From Oculina patagonica (Eukaryota), in the NCBI RefSeq assembly GCF_052425735.1, contig NC_135761.1, forward strand, positions 36,208,001 to 36,272,000: a stretch of DNA of 64,000 bases, read 5' to 3'. How positions within the stretch are numbered: position 1 is the first letter of the stretch; every line of letters starts with the position of its first letter. Below the pieces are notes generated by a model that saw nothing but the letters and a program-made list of their open reading frames with translations, was not told where the DNA came from and did no database searches. The translations under genes were made by a program, and so were the position numbers. Below are positions 50,221 through 63,326 of this stretch, piece after piece.

Positions 50221-51899
50221 CAAGTGAAAACATGAAACAAAAGGTATTGCTTCATAAACTGTTATAGTGATCGACTATCAACTACACATACTGCACCTTG
50301 CTTGTGTTGGTAATGCTGATGTATTGATTATAGCTACATCAAAGGGATGAAAACCTTGGTATTAGTTTCACAGGCGTCCTTCTAAAGGAACCCAGACTAT
50401 ACACATAACGCATTTTTTGGCCAAATGTGAAAAGTGAGTCTTGAGAAACGTGGATGTTTCATTTTGAGAAATTATGTTCCTGCCAAAAAGAAACAATGAT
50501 GTGTATTGTAAAAACAAAAGGAAGGAGTAAAGTGGTTCTTGTTTGAACAAACGCAGGTACAGACATGACAGCATAAAAATTATATACAGTGTATGAAATA
50601 TTCCTTTTTATTACAAGGTTAATATGTATATTTTATGTCAGTGTTGTACTTGGGACAGTCAGTGAATATAGAAATTTTAGAGACTGCTGTATTCCAGCCT
50701 CATTTCCATCCTTTGAGGTCACGTGACCACTAATTAAATAAAAATCCAGCAAACACCAATTGAGAGCAGAGAATGACATATTGTGGGCAAGTTTGGTAAG
50801 TAAGGGTCTTTTTTCATGTTACTTATATAGCAGATATTACACTGTAGCGAGGTATTGTGTTTGCCACGAGAACATAAAATTCATATCTTTAAGCCAATGT
50901 GTAATGTTCTTTTTATTATATGGAGACAAAATATCTGAAATTGCTCATTTTATTCTTTCCAAATTGTATGTTTTACAAGTACAGGTGGGCTTCGATCATA
51001 GAAAACAGAAAGTACATTGAAAAATACAAAATACCTGGTGCCAAGAATCCAACATGCAGCTGTACTGTGAACTAATTTCAACGAAAATGTCATTTACTCT
51101 GACTTGAGTCATCAGAAACAGTGATCTTTAGCCTTTTCTCTCAACGAATCTTTGAACACTTTTCAGTACAACTGGGCTGATACACTTGCCGTTAACTGTC
51201 TTGATTTGGCAGTGTTCAAATAAGCTTCTGAAAGGTGCACCCGCTTAATAGCTTTCCGACTACTTTCTCCTCAACAGAGATTGAAAATTTCTCATTCGAC
51301 GCCATGTTTATATGTCCTTTAGCCGTAAACAGCAACGTTGTAACATGAATTTGTCGTTAATACTCCGCCATCATATACAAATGACAAACGATCGTGCTCG
51401 TCACGCTTTCCAGTTCTCCTAGAGGGTATCTGAAGTAATTATTGATCATAGCCCCCTATTGAAGGCAGTTTCGAAAGGAAATCTGGGATTGTTTATCATG
51501 TCGTGAAAACTCGACATCCGCACTCAGAGTCACGAAATGAGATGTCGAGTTTTCTCGACAACCACACCGAAAGAGTTAAAGGCAGCCAATCACAACATTC
51601 TGTTCTCACGGCAATTAGTTAATGTCATACAAGACGCGTTCCTTCAAAGAGATGAGGACCCCGACTTTTTTGCTGCGAGTCTCTCAGAAAAGCTTATTTA
51701 TTTAACCTATGTTTTGTGATATTAAAGAAAGTTAACATTTGTTTAATTTTGTAAACATATTTTTCAACAGGCGATTTTACATAGGACATGACACATCGCA
51801 GTCCAACCTGTTTGTGGTGTATATCGCCGAACAAAATCTTTTTCATACCTTATGGAACTCTACTGGTGTTGAAAATTAAATATCGCTGCCCCTTAACCA

Positions 51900-52269
51900 C
51901 CTTAAAATAATCTATAAAAGATTAATTGCACACTTATTTCGAACTCTTCCTCTGAAAGCTCCGAGGACGACATTCCGAGGCGGCGTTTAAGACTGCGCTG
52001 TGCGACCGCTGTACGCAAATGTTTTTTTCTGCTGACGTTTCTTCGAATTTTCTCATATTCTCTTTTATTCTTTAAAGCAGAGGAGAGGACTATGTCACAG
52101 ATATTAACTGATTTTTGAACCGCCAAAATTTACATTGGTGTAGCAGAAAACGGCCTTTCTGCTTCTGAAATTTGAAAGACCGACTAATTCCGGGATTTAG
52201 GATTCCGGGCCTTGTTTTCCGGGTTTCCAGCATTCCAGGTTTCTACCATTCTCGGTTTTAGGACAACCT
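51900..52269 (-). mobile_element. Opposite end of the same MULE-like family
   Basis: TTCCGG/CATTCC repeats ending GGTTTTAGGACAACCT, followed by the same 9-mer GAAGATTCA (52270-52278). Confidence 0.55.
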
Positions 52270-53697
52270 GAAGATTCACCACAACAGCGTTATTGTTGGT
52301 CTTATGTCCTGGGACGCTCAACAGTGGCTGTTGTCCAACTAACTTTAATTCTGCTTTCACACTTGTTCTGGAAGTTTCAGCCTATGTATAGAATTAGATC
52401 GAAAAAAGGCCGAGCAAAAATTATAAGTGCTGTTTTTCAAACAAGACCATGATCAACTAACTTCAATTCTGCTTTCATATTTGTTTTTGAGATTTCAATT
52501 TTAATTTCAATTTCAAACTGTCCCAAAAGATAGAATACACCTCTTTACGCATGCCATTGCCATCTGCATTTGACGTTCCCTTATTTCTTGGCGTTCTATA
52601 GATGTTCCAATCAATCCATCCATGGAACGTCCGCAGGTGTCATCTGGTGAAGGTAGTTTTGCCACGCTAAATATATGTATAGTTGTTTTTGGCACATACG
52701 TCTTTATCAGTTGACAGATTGAGGTATTAAATAAATTATATCACCTCTCTTTGGTGTACTTTAATCTACATTTAGTTTATATCAGACCAGTACAAATTTA
52801 CACCATTTCATACATTTCTTCAGTTTTTTCCAATTTTCGCTTCTTGTTGTCTTTCTTCTTGTTCTGTTCTTTCTTTTTTCTGTACTTTTATTTGTGTACA
52901 TTCAAGAGCCATAGTTGGTCATGTACACCTCCACTAGCTTTTCCACATTAGCAAGTTAGCTCTGAACCATTTGCTTTGTGTCCATAAAAGCTATCTTAAG
53001 TGGGTAGTAGAATTCATAGTCCTCAGATTTATCTGTTTAAAACAATGGTGTTTTTTTGAGTGACCATGGAGTTTGTTGTGCGGTTTCAACTGGTATGCTA
53101 TATAAAATATTCATTTAGTATTTGGACTTTTCACAAAGATTTTTATAGTGGAGACTGTGAGCACTGTGTATGCCTCAAAACTGTATATATAAAAATATCT
53201 GCATCCTCCCCAGCAACCAGATTTGCCAGAATGTGTATACCCCCTCCCCCAACACCCCCCCCCCCCCCAAACAAATCCAGATTTTAACTACACAGTTCAC
53301 CAATACAAGCCAAGCAAGATTCCCTACGAATTTGACATTTCCTGTGGGTCCTATAGCATCTTGAATGGTCATCTCTACAGTTTCTTCATGTCCAATTATA
53401 GTATAGCATTGGCTCTCAAGGGAGTCCTTGAACTCAACACAACTTTCATAGTCAGCTTTTTTACCGTTTCGTTTGTTAAAACTGTTACAGTTGGGAACCT
53501 TTCTTGTAAATTGGAAACAGTACCATAAGTACTATTCTTTTGTAATAGGGTGTCCATCCTTGATTGTTCTTTTCTAAAGCTAAGAGCAAGGAGATTAGCT
53601 TTTTGTGTTCTTTTCTTGCTCATGTCTCGCATTCTCTCCGATACTTGAATTTATGCTGTTGTGATTTCCACATTTAAAGCACAAGAGTGTTGCTTAA

Positions 53698-54062
53698 AGG
53701 GACCGTGTCACGGATTTTAGCCAAACTTAGGCATAGGAAATGACCATCAAATTCGTTTAAATGTATAAAATAACCTCTTAAAACAATATTAAGATAACAC
53801 ACAAAATGCAAAAGAAGGTATGGATGGCCAAAAGTGTCGATGTGGGCTTTTGAAATATGGTCCGGCGGAACAGTTTTCAAAGTTAATCTTGTCTGCTTGT
53901 AACTTTAATTTATGACGCCCGGGAGACACATTTAGCTGCAAGGAAGCTATGGTTTTGTCATTTAGTATCAAATAATTGATTTCTTTGCAAACATTTAGTT
54001 TCATAGCGATTATTTGGCACCATTTAATAACATAAGATTAACTTAGCCGTGACATAGTCCCT
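53698..54062. mobile_element. Kolobok-like MITE
   Basis: TTAA|AGGGACCGTGTCACGG...CCGTGACATAGTCCCT|TTAA (short TIR, RR..YY ends). Confidence 0.75.
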
Positions 54063-54200
54063 TTAATATTTGAACAGGATTTTGAGGATTTTTATAGTAC
54101 ACGTTTGCCCACATTTTAGCTGAGTGACATGTTGGAATAATAACACTTTTTCTACCATCACGTGTTGCAAGCAAGCTTTGGAATGCTGAAGGAAGATTCA

Positions 54201-54900
54201 GGGTTGTCCTAAAACCTGGAATGCCGGAAACTCGGAATGCTGGAATGCCGGAAACCTGGTTCTAAATGAAAATAAACTGACATGAATAACTATGTTCCGA
54301 ATTCTTTTCTCAAAACATTTACATGAAGGTCAGATAGTTTTCCCTAATCACTCTCGGAAATTTCGATTTGATCCACATTCAAGTGCTTATTTCTCTTCAG
54401 CACGCATTTCTTTTTCATCTCATAGTAGCAATTGTGTGGCTTAAATGAGTAGGTTAGTTCTCCTCCTGGTTTGTGGTACATTCTCAGCTCTTCTCTTCGT
54501 AAAACAACATCAAATGGTGCTGGTGGTAGGAACTCTGGTGAGTTGGCTGGCGGCTTACTGTAGGTTGGATTTTTCTGTTGCATTCGTAGCATACATGGAT
54601 TTTTGTTCCCTGAAGCCAAGTAAGGGTATACTTCTGTGGTACAGTTGGTTCTCCTGTGTTCAATTGATAGGAGTACAATGTACTTATAAATACAATGGCT
54701 CGATTTATACTAGAGATGGATGATCCGTCTGGACGAACTTACATTTTAATTAGGCGAGCATTTTTTAGTTCGTGCAATAATTCGTCTGTGTATATATACG
54801 GGCAAACAGATGGATTATCGGTCCAGACCAACTATTTTCATAATTCGTCTGCCAAGACGTGTGCATTATGTAACAAAGGGTGCAGCATTTAGTAATAAAT
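54201..54900 (-). mobile_element. 3' end of a MULE-like element with decayed ORF C-terminus
   Basis: TIR GGGTTGTCCTAAAACC with GGAATGCCGGAA repeats, preceded by 9-bp GAAGATTCA. Cys-rich remnant VCYECNRKI...PPAPFDVVL...NCYYEMKKKCV. Confidence 0.55.
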
Positions 54901-55949
54901 CCAACTTACGCATTTTGTAACAAGGGCTGTGCTTATACTGCATGTCTGGGCTTGAGTCGCAATATTTGCCTACGAAGCAGGCGCCTGTGAAGTCAATGCG
55001 GGACTTGTAAAGTTACGTTACGTTTCCTTTCATAACAAATGCCATCCATCTATGCGGTCGCATATTTGTAAAGCGCGGCAACGAAGAGGGTGTATCTTTC
55101 TACAAGCGTTTATAGAACGAGGTATATGTTGTAGTTTAATTTTTACCTCTGGTTTAAATTTTTTCAAACCAGTTTGAAATTTTTAAACTGGTTTCAATTC
55201 ATGTACTTGTTTTAATTTTTCCAAATGACTATGGCTATCACACAGTAACATTTGAGTTAAGATTTGCAGTAATGCTTCTTTACCAAGACTGAGGCTCTGC
55301 AGTGTCTGACATTAGGGCCATTGTTTATGCTTATTAGAGTTAACCACTTATTTGAGTCATTTGGGTTAAGCACTCAGTTTAGTGATTAGGGTTAAGCACT
55401 CATTTTAGTGATTAGGGTTAAGCACTCAGTTTGCTTGCAGTTAGGTTTTATTTGAGGTTAGGGGCACTACACACTAAAGTCACCCTATGCTTTTTCAGCC
55501 AGTCACTAAAAGCAACAGGTATTTAGACATTTGATTTTTGTGTTTATTCAAACAAAAATGTAAATCATAAATATTTTACATGCTAACAAAATGCAAAACA
55601 AATTCCATTTGTTCAAGATGAGTTCATAATAAATAACTTTTTATGTTCGATTCGAGTTAAATTTGTAAAATCCTCAATTTTCGCAAATTTTGTAAAATCC
55701 AGTGCCGCTCTGCTGATGTGTTGTTATTAACATAACAAAGGGCCAAACTTTTTGTAAAATCCGCAACTTAGCGCAGTAACGAAAAATCATAAAATTTGTA
55801 AAAACCGTAATTGCGTGCATTTCTGGACATAAGTGAGAAAATAAACTGCAAGAAAAAGAAGTACACCTAGACTTTTACAATATCATATGTGAAGCAACTG
55901 CTTTAAAATATTCACTTGCCTTCTTTTCTCGTCCATTCACTCACTTTAT

Positions 55950-56764
55950 TCCACTGCCCATACAAGCGTTTCATCCATAGCTACAATGCAAAAAGGCTGA
56001 TAGTTGTGTTGTTGCGAAAGTCGGCAGACATGAAGGATGTACAATATCAGTTTATCGATAGCTCAATATGGGTCTTGTTGCGCAGTAGTTGTCTTCCTTC
56101 TCAGTGAAAGTCCATTTCAAAGCATAAACTTCTGAAACCAGCCGTCGGTCACCTTAAACAAGTCTTGTTCACCTTCCGGACATCTCTCATCATACAGGTA
56201 CTTTGCCTTAACCATTATTAGCTTGCGGAAACTCTGAGGCCATTTGCTGTTCGACCATGAATACATTCAAGAATTATTTCTTCAAGGTTATCATCAATGA
56301 CTATTTGTCCACCTTCGTCAAGACTTTCCCTTCCTTGCCCTTTGCGTTTTTCTTTCGATTCTTTGATTGACTCTTTGTTCTGGCGCCACTCTCAGATACA
56401 CTTAACATCGACCTTGATGCTACAAGGCTACGACAAACTGAAAGAAAGTTGCTGAAATATTGAGTACTGAAATTAAGAAGATAAAAGAGCGCTATCCGTA
56501 CTTCGAGCTTGAAATTGAACAGGATGCAATTCGGAAGCCATTACCAACCAAACAAGAAAGAAACTAAATAACGTGTGATTTAAAACTCTTTGAAGCGTTT
56601 CCTTGATTTTTGAGGCGATTTGGGGGGGAAGTTGAGTGGGTGTCTTTTAGAGACGGGGCGTTTATTAGAGAGGGGCATTTAATACAAACCTCACACCTCA
56701 GGGGAGGCGTTTATTAGATAAGAGGCATTTATTTGAGGGGGGAGGTTTATTAGATCATTTACAG
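55950..56764 (-). mobile_element. 5' part of a pogo-family (Tc1/mariner) transposon with decayed transposase
   Basis: Terminus TA|CTGTAAATG with AATAAACGCC repeats. Minus-strand translation gives FKVTDGWFQKFML*NGLSLRRKTT and IVAMDETLVW (CENP-B HTH and first catalytic D). Confidence 0.8.
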
Positions 56765-56895
56765 TATATCGGTTGGAAGGCAATTTATTTTTCTTCTACT
56801 TGCCATTTTGTGCTTTTAATATTTAAAATGAGGACTGCTGGAACGCGGAATTAGCCAATTAAATTCAAGGATTTATGGCTCCAGACCGCTGAAAC

Positions 56896-57065
56896 GGGGA
56901 GCAGGGGGTGGCGAAGTGGTGAGAGCGCTCGCCTCCCACCAATGTGGCCCGGGTTCGATTCCAGCCCGGTGCCATATGTGGGTTGAGTTTGCACGTACAC
57001 ATCGACTCAACGAGCTCTAAGCTCTTCGGTGTCACGTGGGTAAATAAATTACATTTTTTTTTACA
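56896..57065 (+). mobile_element. tRNA-derived SINE (internally deleted)
   Basis: A box TGGCGAAGTGG, B box GGTTCGATTCC, and AT-rich tail GTAAATAAATTACATTTTT. Confidence 0.8.
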
Positions 57066-57358
57066 AATGCTTCAGAAAAAACCCCCCGATAAATATGATT
57101 TGAAAAGGACTAGGCCTTCATTATCTTTTACCAATACTTTACAGAAAGCCTAAAACTGTTAGCATAATTATCTTCTATCATCCTGGCAGGAAGATTCATC
57201 CAGATTCTTCACTTCTCAAACTTCACAGAACACTTAAAAATATCTACCTTCTTTGAAGCAGGGAAAATGCGGTTAAAACCCACATATACCAACGAAGGTC
57301 TTCTATTAAAATCCCCAAAATTAATAAACAAATTGTTTTTTATATAAATTGATTTAAG

Positions 57359-57940
57359 GAGGCTCATAACGTTTTCCAGCACTTTCCAGTTCTTATACTT
57401 TGATGGGTCATCACTACAAATATTGATCAGTTGCTCCAAAAATTATAATATCAAACAAATGTCCAATTATTGCTGAGTTGTGGTTTTTTTCATTACGTCA
57501 CTGGTAACTATAGCAACAGCAGAGTATGTTAAAATACCCTTAATTTCTTAATTTTTGCTTCAAGTTCGATTTAAGTGCTTACAACTCAAAAACGAGCTCA
57601 GTGACCCCCATTTTTTATGATGGAATAATGATCACCATGTTGAGATAAAACTTTTGACAAAGTTTAAAAATTTATGTATTGCGGGTTCAGAGCCACCTAA
57701 AGTGTTCGAAAATTTAACGTGGCTCTGAACCCGCATTACAGAATTTTTTTAAAACTTTGCCGAAAGTTCTATCTTAATATGGTGATCATTATTCCATCAT
57801 AATTAATGAGATCACCAAGCTCGTTTTTGAGTTATAAGCACTTAAAATGAAAATTAAGGGTGTTTTCAACAGGATATACCATTGCTATGGTAACTTGTAA
57901 TGTCAAGAAAATAATCACAACTTGTTCACCAGTGATTGGG
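57359..57940. mobile_element. Decayed palindromic TTAA-type element
   Basis: TTAA|GGAGGCTC start and an imperfect palindrome at ~57500-57900 centred near 57710; right terminus not seen. Confidence 0.6.
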
Positions 57941-58266
57941 CATCTGATTAATCCAACACACATGTATCAACTTAAATAGTCACAGTATTGATGCTGAAAA
58001 ATTTTACTTTGTTTTCTTGGTGTTTAATAGGCATAAAGGGCATTAAAAGAAATGTGATAACCTAGAATAAGGTTTGTTTTTCCTTTAGACTACATTCATT
58101 TCGATATATTTGTATGGATATTTTATCGAAACAATAGACTATACCAATATTCTATGAGCAGCAAGCACCTTTTTGTCTTCTTAAAGTAAAAAATTATAAC
58201 ATGAAAACCATTTTAGTCTAAATTAATGCAGGTTCTTATAACTGGGTTTTCATGTGCAATTATAAC

Positions 58267-58425
58267 TACTTATTAACCAAGAGTGAGGTCCAAACGGGAA
58301 AATCTCAAACAGAGGCCTTGCAGTATTGACCAAGCGATAGCAAGGTCAATGCGGCAAGGCTGGGGTTTGAGATTTTTCCGTAAAGACCAAATGTTCGAGG
58401 TTAATAAGTTCCTTATTATATGGCT
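58267..58425. repeat. Hairpin of the same Crypton-like family
   Basis: ACTTATTAACC...GAGGCCTTG..GTATTGACC...GGTCAAT...GGTTAATAAGT, related to 3218-3358. Confidence 0.55.
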
Positions 58426-58674
58426 TTAAAAATAACGAATTCAAGCGGATTATCACTTTCCATCCGGTGTTGTGCGTGCTTGTCTGTTCATTCATTTAAA
58501 ACCGCACAAGTCAGGTGAACTAATGGTACTCCATCAAAAAATATATTTACATGTAGTTTCAAGACGAATGATTACTACACAGTCGTAAAAAGTCAACCAA
58601 ACAAGTTATTTATATAATACAAATTTAGTTTGTATCTGATCTTAAAATCGGTTTAAAAAGGTGGTAAAAAACGT

Positions 58675-58925
58675 ATAAAACTGAATTTTTGGCAACTCTC
58701 TGTTACCTTCATCAGAGTTAAAATTGGTTCAGTTTTTGCATAGTAAGTTTTTATACACCGCCGGTCTCTAGGGATGTTCCCAATGTTAAATAAACTTGTG
58801 GGAAATCCACATGCTCATTCACACTCATTCACTCATTCACATGCTCATTCACACAGTTAATGTCCTGGATAGAATGTAGCACTTCTAGGAATAGGCGTTG
58901 TTGCCTATTGTTGACATTTCTTTCT
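58675..58925 (-). repeat. Inverted pseudo-LTR (3' end copy) of a Penelope-like element
   Basis: The minus strand encodes RQQRLFLEVLHSIQDINCVNEH...VDFPQVY, typical of a PLE GIY-YIG C-terminus, followed by a hammerhead motif. It abuts the plus-strand PLE body. Confidence 0.75.
58678..58720 (-). ncRNA. Minimal type I hammerhead ribozyme (one core substitution)
   Basis: Minus strand reads AACT-CTGATGA-A-GGTAAC-AGAGA-GTTGCC-AAAA-AT-TC-AGTT: stem I AACT/AGTT, stem II GGTAAC/GTTGCC, palindromic AATT stem III. The conserved GAAA reads AAAA. Confidence 0.7.
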
Positions 58926-58929
58926 GGAA

Positions 58930-60755
58930 ATACCTACGTCTGCTCATTAGCCAGTGTCATCACAAACTTAAAGTTCTGGACAAAGTTCAGGAATCACTTC
59001 GGCAGAAGTTTGAAGATCGCATTGAGAAAACGCTCTACGGCACTCTAACTCAAGTCGTCAGGCAACGTTGCAAACACATTAAAACGGACGTTGAGAGGAG
59101 ATATCAGAAGAAACTAGCAAACCCATCAAACTGACAGGAAGAGGCAATTAAGAAAAAGTGGGTTGTAAACATCTCCAACAGAGAACTGGACAAGAATGAA
59201 ATATCACTCCTTCGAAAAGGCCTTAATTTCGCCATTACGCCAAGTAGTGTACCAACAAAAGAAATACTCGCTTCTGTCGAATCAGCTATCGATGGTCTGC
59301 CAAAACAATGTCAGAATATCATCCGAAGTGAAATCTGTAGCACTCTTAAACAAGCACACACCCCGAGACAACAAAATTTAACTAGGGAAGAACGAAAGCT
59401 TGCAAGGCTCTTAAAGAGGATGAGAGCGTTTTGGTTATAAAAGCCAAAAAGGAAACTGTACTGTTGTTATGAACAAGACGGATTATGACAACCAAATCCG
59501 TATACCAACCGATCACGGATAAAAGGCGAAATCCAACCTCAAGAACAGAGTCAGCCCTTAACAGAAGAAGCTTTTGGATCTCAAAAAGCAGGGAAATTTG
59601 ACAGAATCAGAGTAATGGAGACTCAGGCCATCCGAGTCTACACTAGCAGCCTTTTACAAACTCCCCAAGATACACAAGGTAAAGCTGGAGCACAAAGAAG
59701 ACCACTTTACTCTGCCAAAAGAAGCAACGCCTCAAGTTCCAATAAGACCAATTAACAGCTGTATTGGCATTCCGACAAACCAGCTTTCCAAGTCTTTGGC
59801 GTCCATCTTAAAATCCCTCCAGAGCGAAAGTGGCTTCCCTGTCAAGAACGCTAAAGAATTTACAAACTTTATAAGCAGCCAAGTAGTAGCCGAGGACGAA
59901 CAAATTGTGTCTTTCGATGTTGTATCTCTCTTCACTTCAATCCCAGTAGATTTGGCGATAAATATTGTTCAACGTAAACTTGGTGAGACAACTGAATGGA
60001 AAGCCCTTACAATCTTAACACAAGCTCAAGTTCTCGATCTACTCTCCTTCGTACTTAACAACAGCTATTTCTCATCTGAAGGAACTCAGTACCACCAAGT
60101 ATTTGGCTGTGCGATGGTATCGCCTGTCAGTGCAGTGATCGCCGAATTAGTCATGGAAGAAATTGAGAAAAAGGCCTTAGCCTCGGCATCAGTAAAACCG
60201 TGCTAGTGGTGCTGCTACGTTGACGACTCTAATGCGTGCCTAAAGAGTGAAAGCATCAGAGTTTTTCATAACCATCTGAATTCCATTAACCCACATATCC
60301 AATGCACGATAGAAATGCCAACTACAGGCGCGGAAGGCCAAACCATAGCTTTCCTTGATACACATAATGCGGTATCTGCGAGTGGTCAAGTGAAAGTGGG
60401 CGTGTACAGGAAACCCACGCACACAAACAAATATCTTGCCTTCGAGTCGCATAGTCACACGCAAAGCAAACGAGCTGTAGTAAAGACACTAATGGACCGT
60501 GGCAAAAATCCTCCCTCGATCTCTGAGTGGAAACAGAGCGAAAACCAACAAGTAATCGGTGACCTTAAAGTCAACGGATACCCCCAAAGTTTCATCGATG
60601 GCTGCCTTGTTTCGGCTCAAGAAACCATACAGCCAGAAAACCAAGAGAGTCCAAGGGGTTACGCTTCAATCCCTTACATAAAGGGTGTTTCAATGAGAGT
60701 TCGACGTTTGCTTAGGAAAGAAAACATAAGAACCACTTTCAAGCCTGTCAAACAT
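58930..60755 (+). mobile_element. Penelope-like retroelement body (RT), pseudogenised and 3'-truncated
   Basis: KGLNFA, FYKLPKIHK, VSFDVVSLFT, GCAMVSPVS, YVDD, FLD, VYRKPTHT and IPYIKG motifs, with stops and frameshifts. Confidence 0.88.
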
Positions 60756-61467
60756 GTACATTTCTAATTTGCATAATCCGTAATCGGCCCATGGGCATTA
60801 CGGGAGAATAATTCCCTTGCACTTAGCCAATCAGAGCGCACATTATATCGGCTACAAGCGCTAGCCATATAATAAGTGTTATAAATATCTTCATTCGGTC
60901 TGGGATCTACTCAATCAATATTAGATACCAAAAAGATTAAGTTAAACCTTTTTAACTTCTGGTGCCTTCACAAGGCCTTTCTAGAGTGATTATTGATGCA
61001 TTGATGGTTATTTGTCACATGAACTCCAGTGGTATCACACCCTTGTTTAAATTACGCACGACTGAAATGGTCTTTTAAAAAAAGTGCAAATGCAAATTAA
61101 ATGGATACATCACCTTGTTTTTCTACCCTTATCTTAATCGAACAATTAACAGAACATGTGGTCCCATCTAGATCGATAGAAAGACAACTTTCTATCTATC
61201 TCAGGGTATATTGTAGCAAGACAGATTAAAGAAGAAGGGCTATATGCCAAAGTCTTTGCAATTGGTTCTGTATGGTTTATTCTCGGCTGATCTTCAGTTA
61301 CAAGCTGTGGTCTTCAAGTATTTGAAGTGAATTCTAGGTAACAATGTAGCTCTATTATTGGAATCGCTTAACTTAATTACTGTTCTGCAAGGTAAGGTGC
61401 TATTCACATGCGAAAAGAAGGTGTTTCCATGTCCTATCTTTCAAGGGCAAAGGAATTCGAAATGATA

Positions 61468-61649
61468 CCGTATTTATTTGATTAAGCACCCAACCTCAAA
61501 TAAGCCCCCACCTCGAAAAGGGGCCACCCTGTAGGTAAGAGAAGTTAATAAGCCCCCAGCCTCGGATAAGCGCCCACCTCAAATAAGCGCACACCCTCAA
61601 GGTCCAAAAATTTAATAAGCGCCCAGGGCGCTTAATCAAATAAATACGG
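61468..61649. mobile_element. pogo/mariner-type MITE
   Basis: TA|CCGTATTTATTTGATTAAGC...GCTTAATCAAATAAATACGG|TA with ATAAGCGCCC repeats. Confidence 0.85.
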
Positions 61650-62433
61650 TATGATGTTTTCTTTGTTCATGAAAATTTTTGTTAAGTCGAAAAAAGAAGC
61701 GGTTTCCAAAACATAAAATCAACTCACTAGATCGAAAGCTAATAACTCAATCAATTTTCGACAGAAAGGATTTTAGCTTATTGTTGAGGAAGTAGGTGAA
61801 ATTTAAACGAAAAATGGTTCAGCTGCAATAAAAAAAACTTGAAGGTGTCAATTCTTGCGAGCAGACTTACTTTTTAATGAGTTTGGGGAAACAAGGTACG
61901 CGAGGATTGAACAGCAAATGTGTTCACAGCTGAAAACACCTTCTAAGGAAAGTATTAGTTTTTCAGTGATAAGTAAGCTAATTCCTTAGAATACTTATTG
62001 TCCTTAATTTACATTTCTTCTAGAATTCTTTATTTCCGAGTTTTCAGGATTAAAAATACATGTACATAACCATTTTTTGTTTTGAAACTAAAGATAAAAT
62101 AAGGCCCTTGCAAGGACTTTCTCGACCAGCTAGATTAGTGTACATATTTCAAACTAGTTTTACTGGAAATCAAAACTCTGACAGAAGAAAGAAGAGGAAG
62201 CGAAAAAAAAGAAAAAGAAAACCCAGACAAATATAAACCTATAAAGAACCAAAAGAAGGTCGTCGTGTTTTCACACCTACATTGTAGCTGATCAATTCAA
62301 CCCTTGCCTTTGCAGAAATGAATGGATCTTAAGCGTATATATGTGTGGACACATGTTTATATATATAAACTGTATATGTTCCAACTACAGTATTTAGTAA
62401 GCATACAATTTAAATTCAAAAACTTCAGGTTAA

Positions 62434-63326
62434 GGTGGCTGGATCGGATTTTTTAGTGACGATACCTTTCACTTTTGAGCAACTTGTACGCCACCGTAAA
62501 CAATCCGACCGAAAATCGATCAGTACAGCTGTACTAAAGAACCATGAAAGTTTCGAATGAGATAAGTTTCATCGAGATCGGAGTAACCATAGGAACATAT
62601 GACGTCACCACCCATTTTACACCCATAAGTAGGCAGCGATCCGATGTAGGGTGAAAAACAGCGCAATGTTTACCTGAGTTAAGGCTTTCAATTAACTGCC
62701 TTAGAATGTTTCAATTATTTTGAAAATCATACATTTCATTATGCACCTCTTCTACTTTTTGAGTGCCAAGTTAAAGAAAATTTTATCGAGTGATTTTTAC
62801 TTTGCGTTCATTTTAGTAAGCGAAGGCCCTTTTTCGATAAAAGAGCAAAAAAACACTTCAAGAAATCAAATGAAACGATTTCTCTGAGATTTTCTCCCAA
62901 GGTAATTAGATAGTACAAGATTCACTTAAGGCCACAATGTTACTTGATCGGGCCTTGTGACCGTTTTCTCAATGTTTTAACACTGCTTTGTTTTTGTTGT
63001 ATTTTAGCACCTGAAAACTTTATCCAAAATTTTCTCGAAAACGCTCTCACAGAAATTCTTTAAATTTCGCAGACGTTGAGAAAACTATGTCAAGTCCAAG
63101 ATCTAGAAGCCTTTTTTTAAAATTATCCCTCTATTACAAGAAAATCGGTCTCGTGTAAAATGGGTGGTGACGTCATTATGTTGTTATGGTTACTCCGATT
63201 TCGATGAAACTTTCATCTTTCTTTAGTACAGCTGTACTGATCGATCTTCAGTCGGATTGTTTACTGTGGCACACATGTTGCTAAAAGTTGAAAGGTATCG
63301 TCACTCAAAAATCCGATTGAGCCACC
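62434..63326. mobile_element. TTAA-targeting non-autonomous DNA transposon with ~190-bp TIRs
   Basis: TTAA|GGTGGCT.GATCGGATTTTT...AAAAATCCGATTGAGCCACC|TTAA. Confidence 0.88.

Noticed and set aside
56896-56975. tRNA gene
   Set aside because: A and B boxes are present, but I see no clean cloverleaf and it runs into a SINE body and tail.
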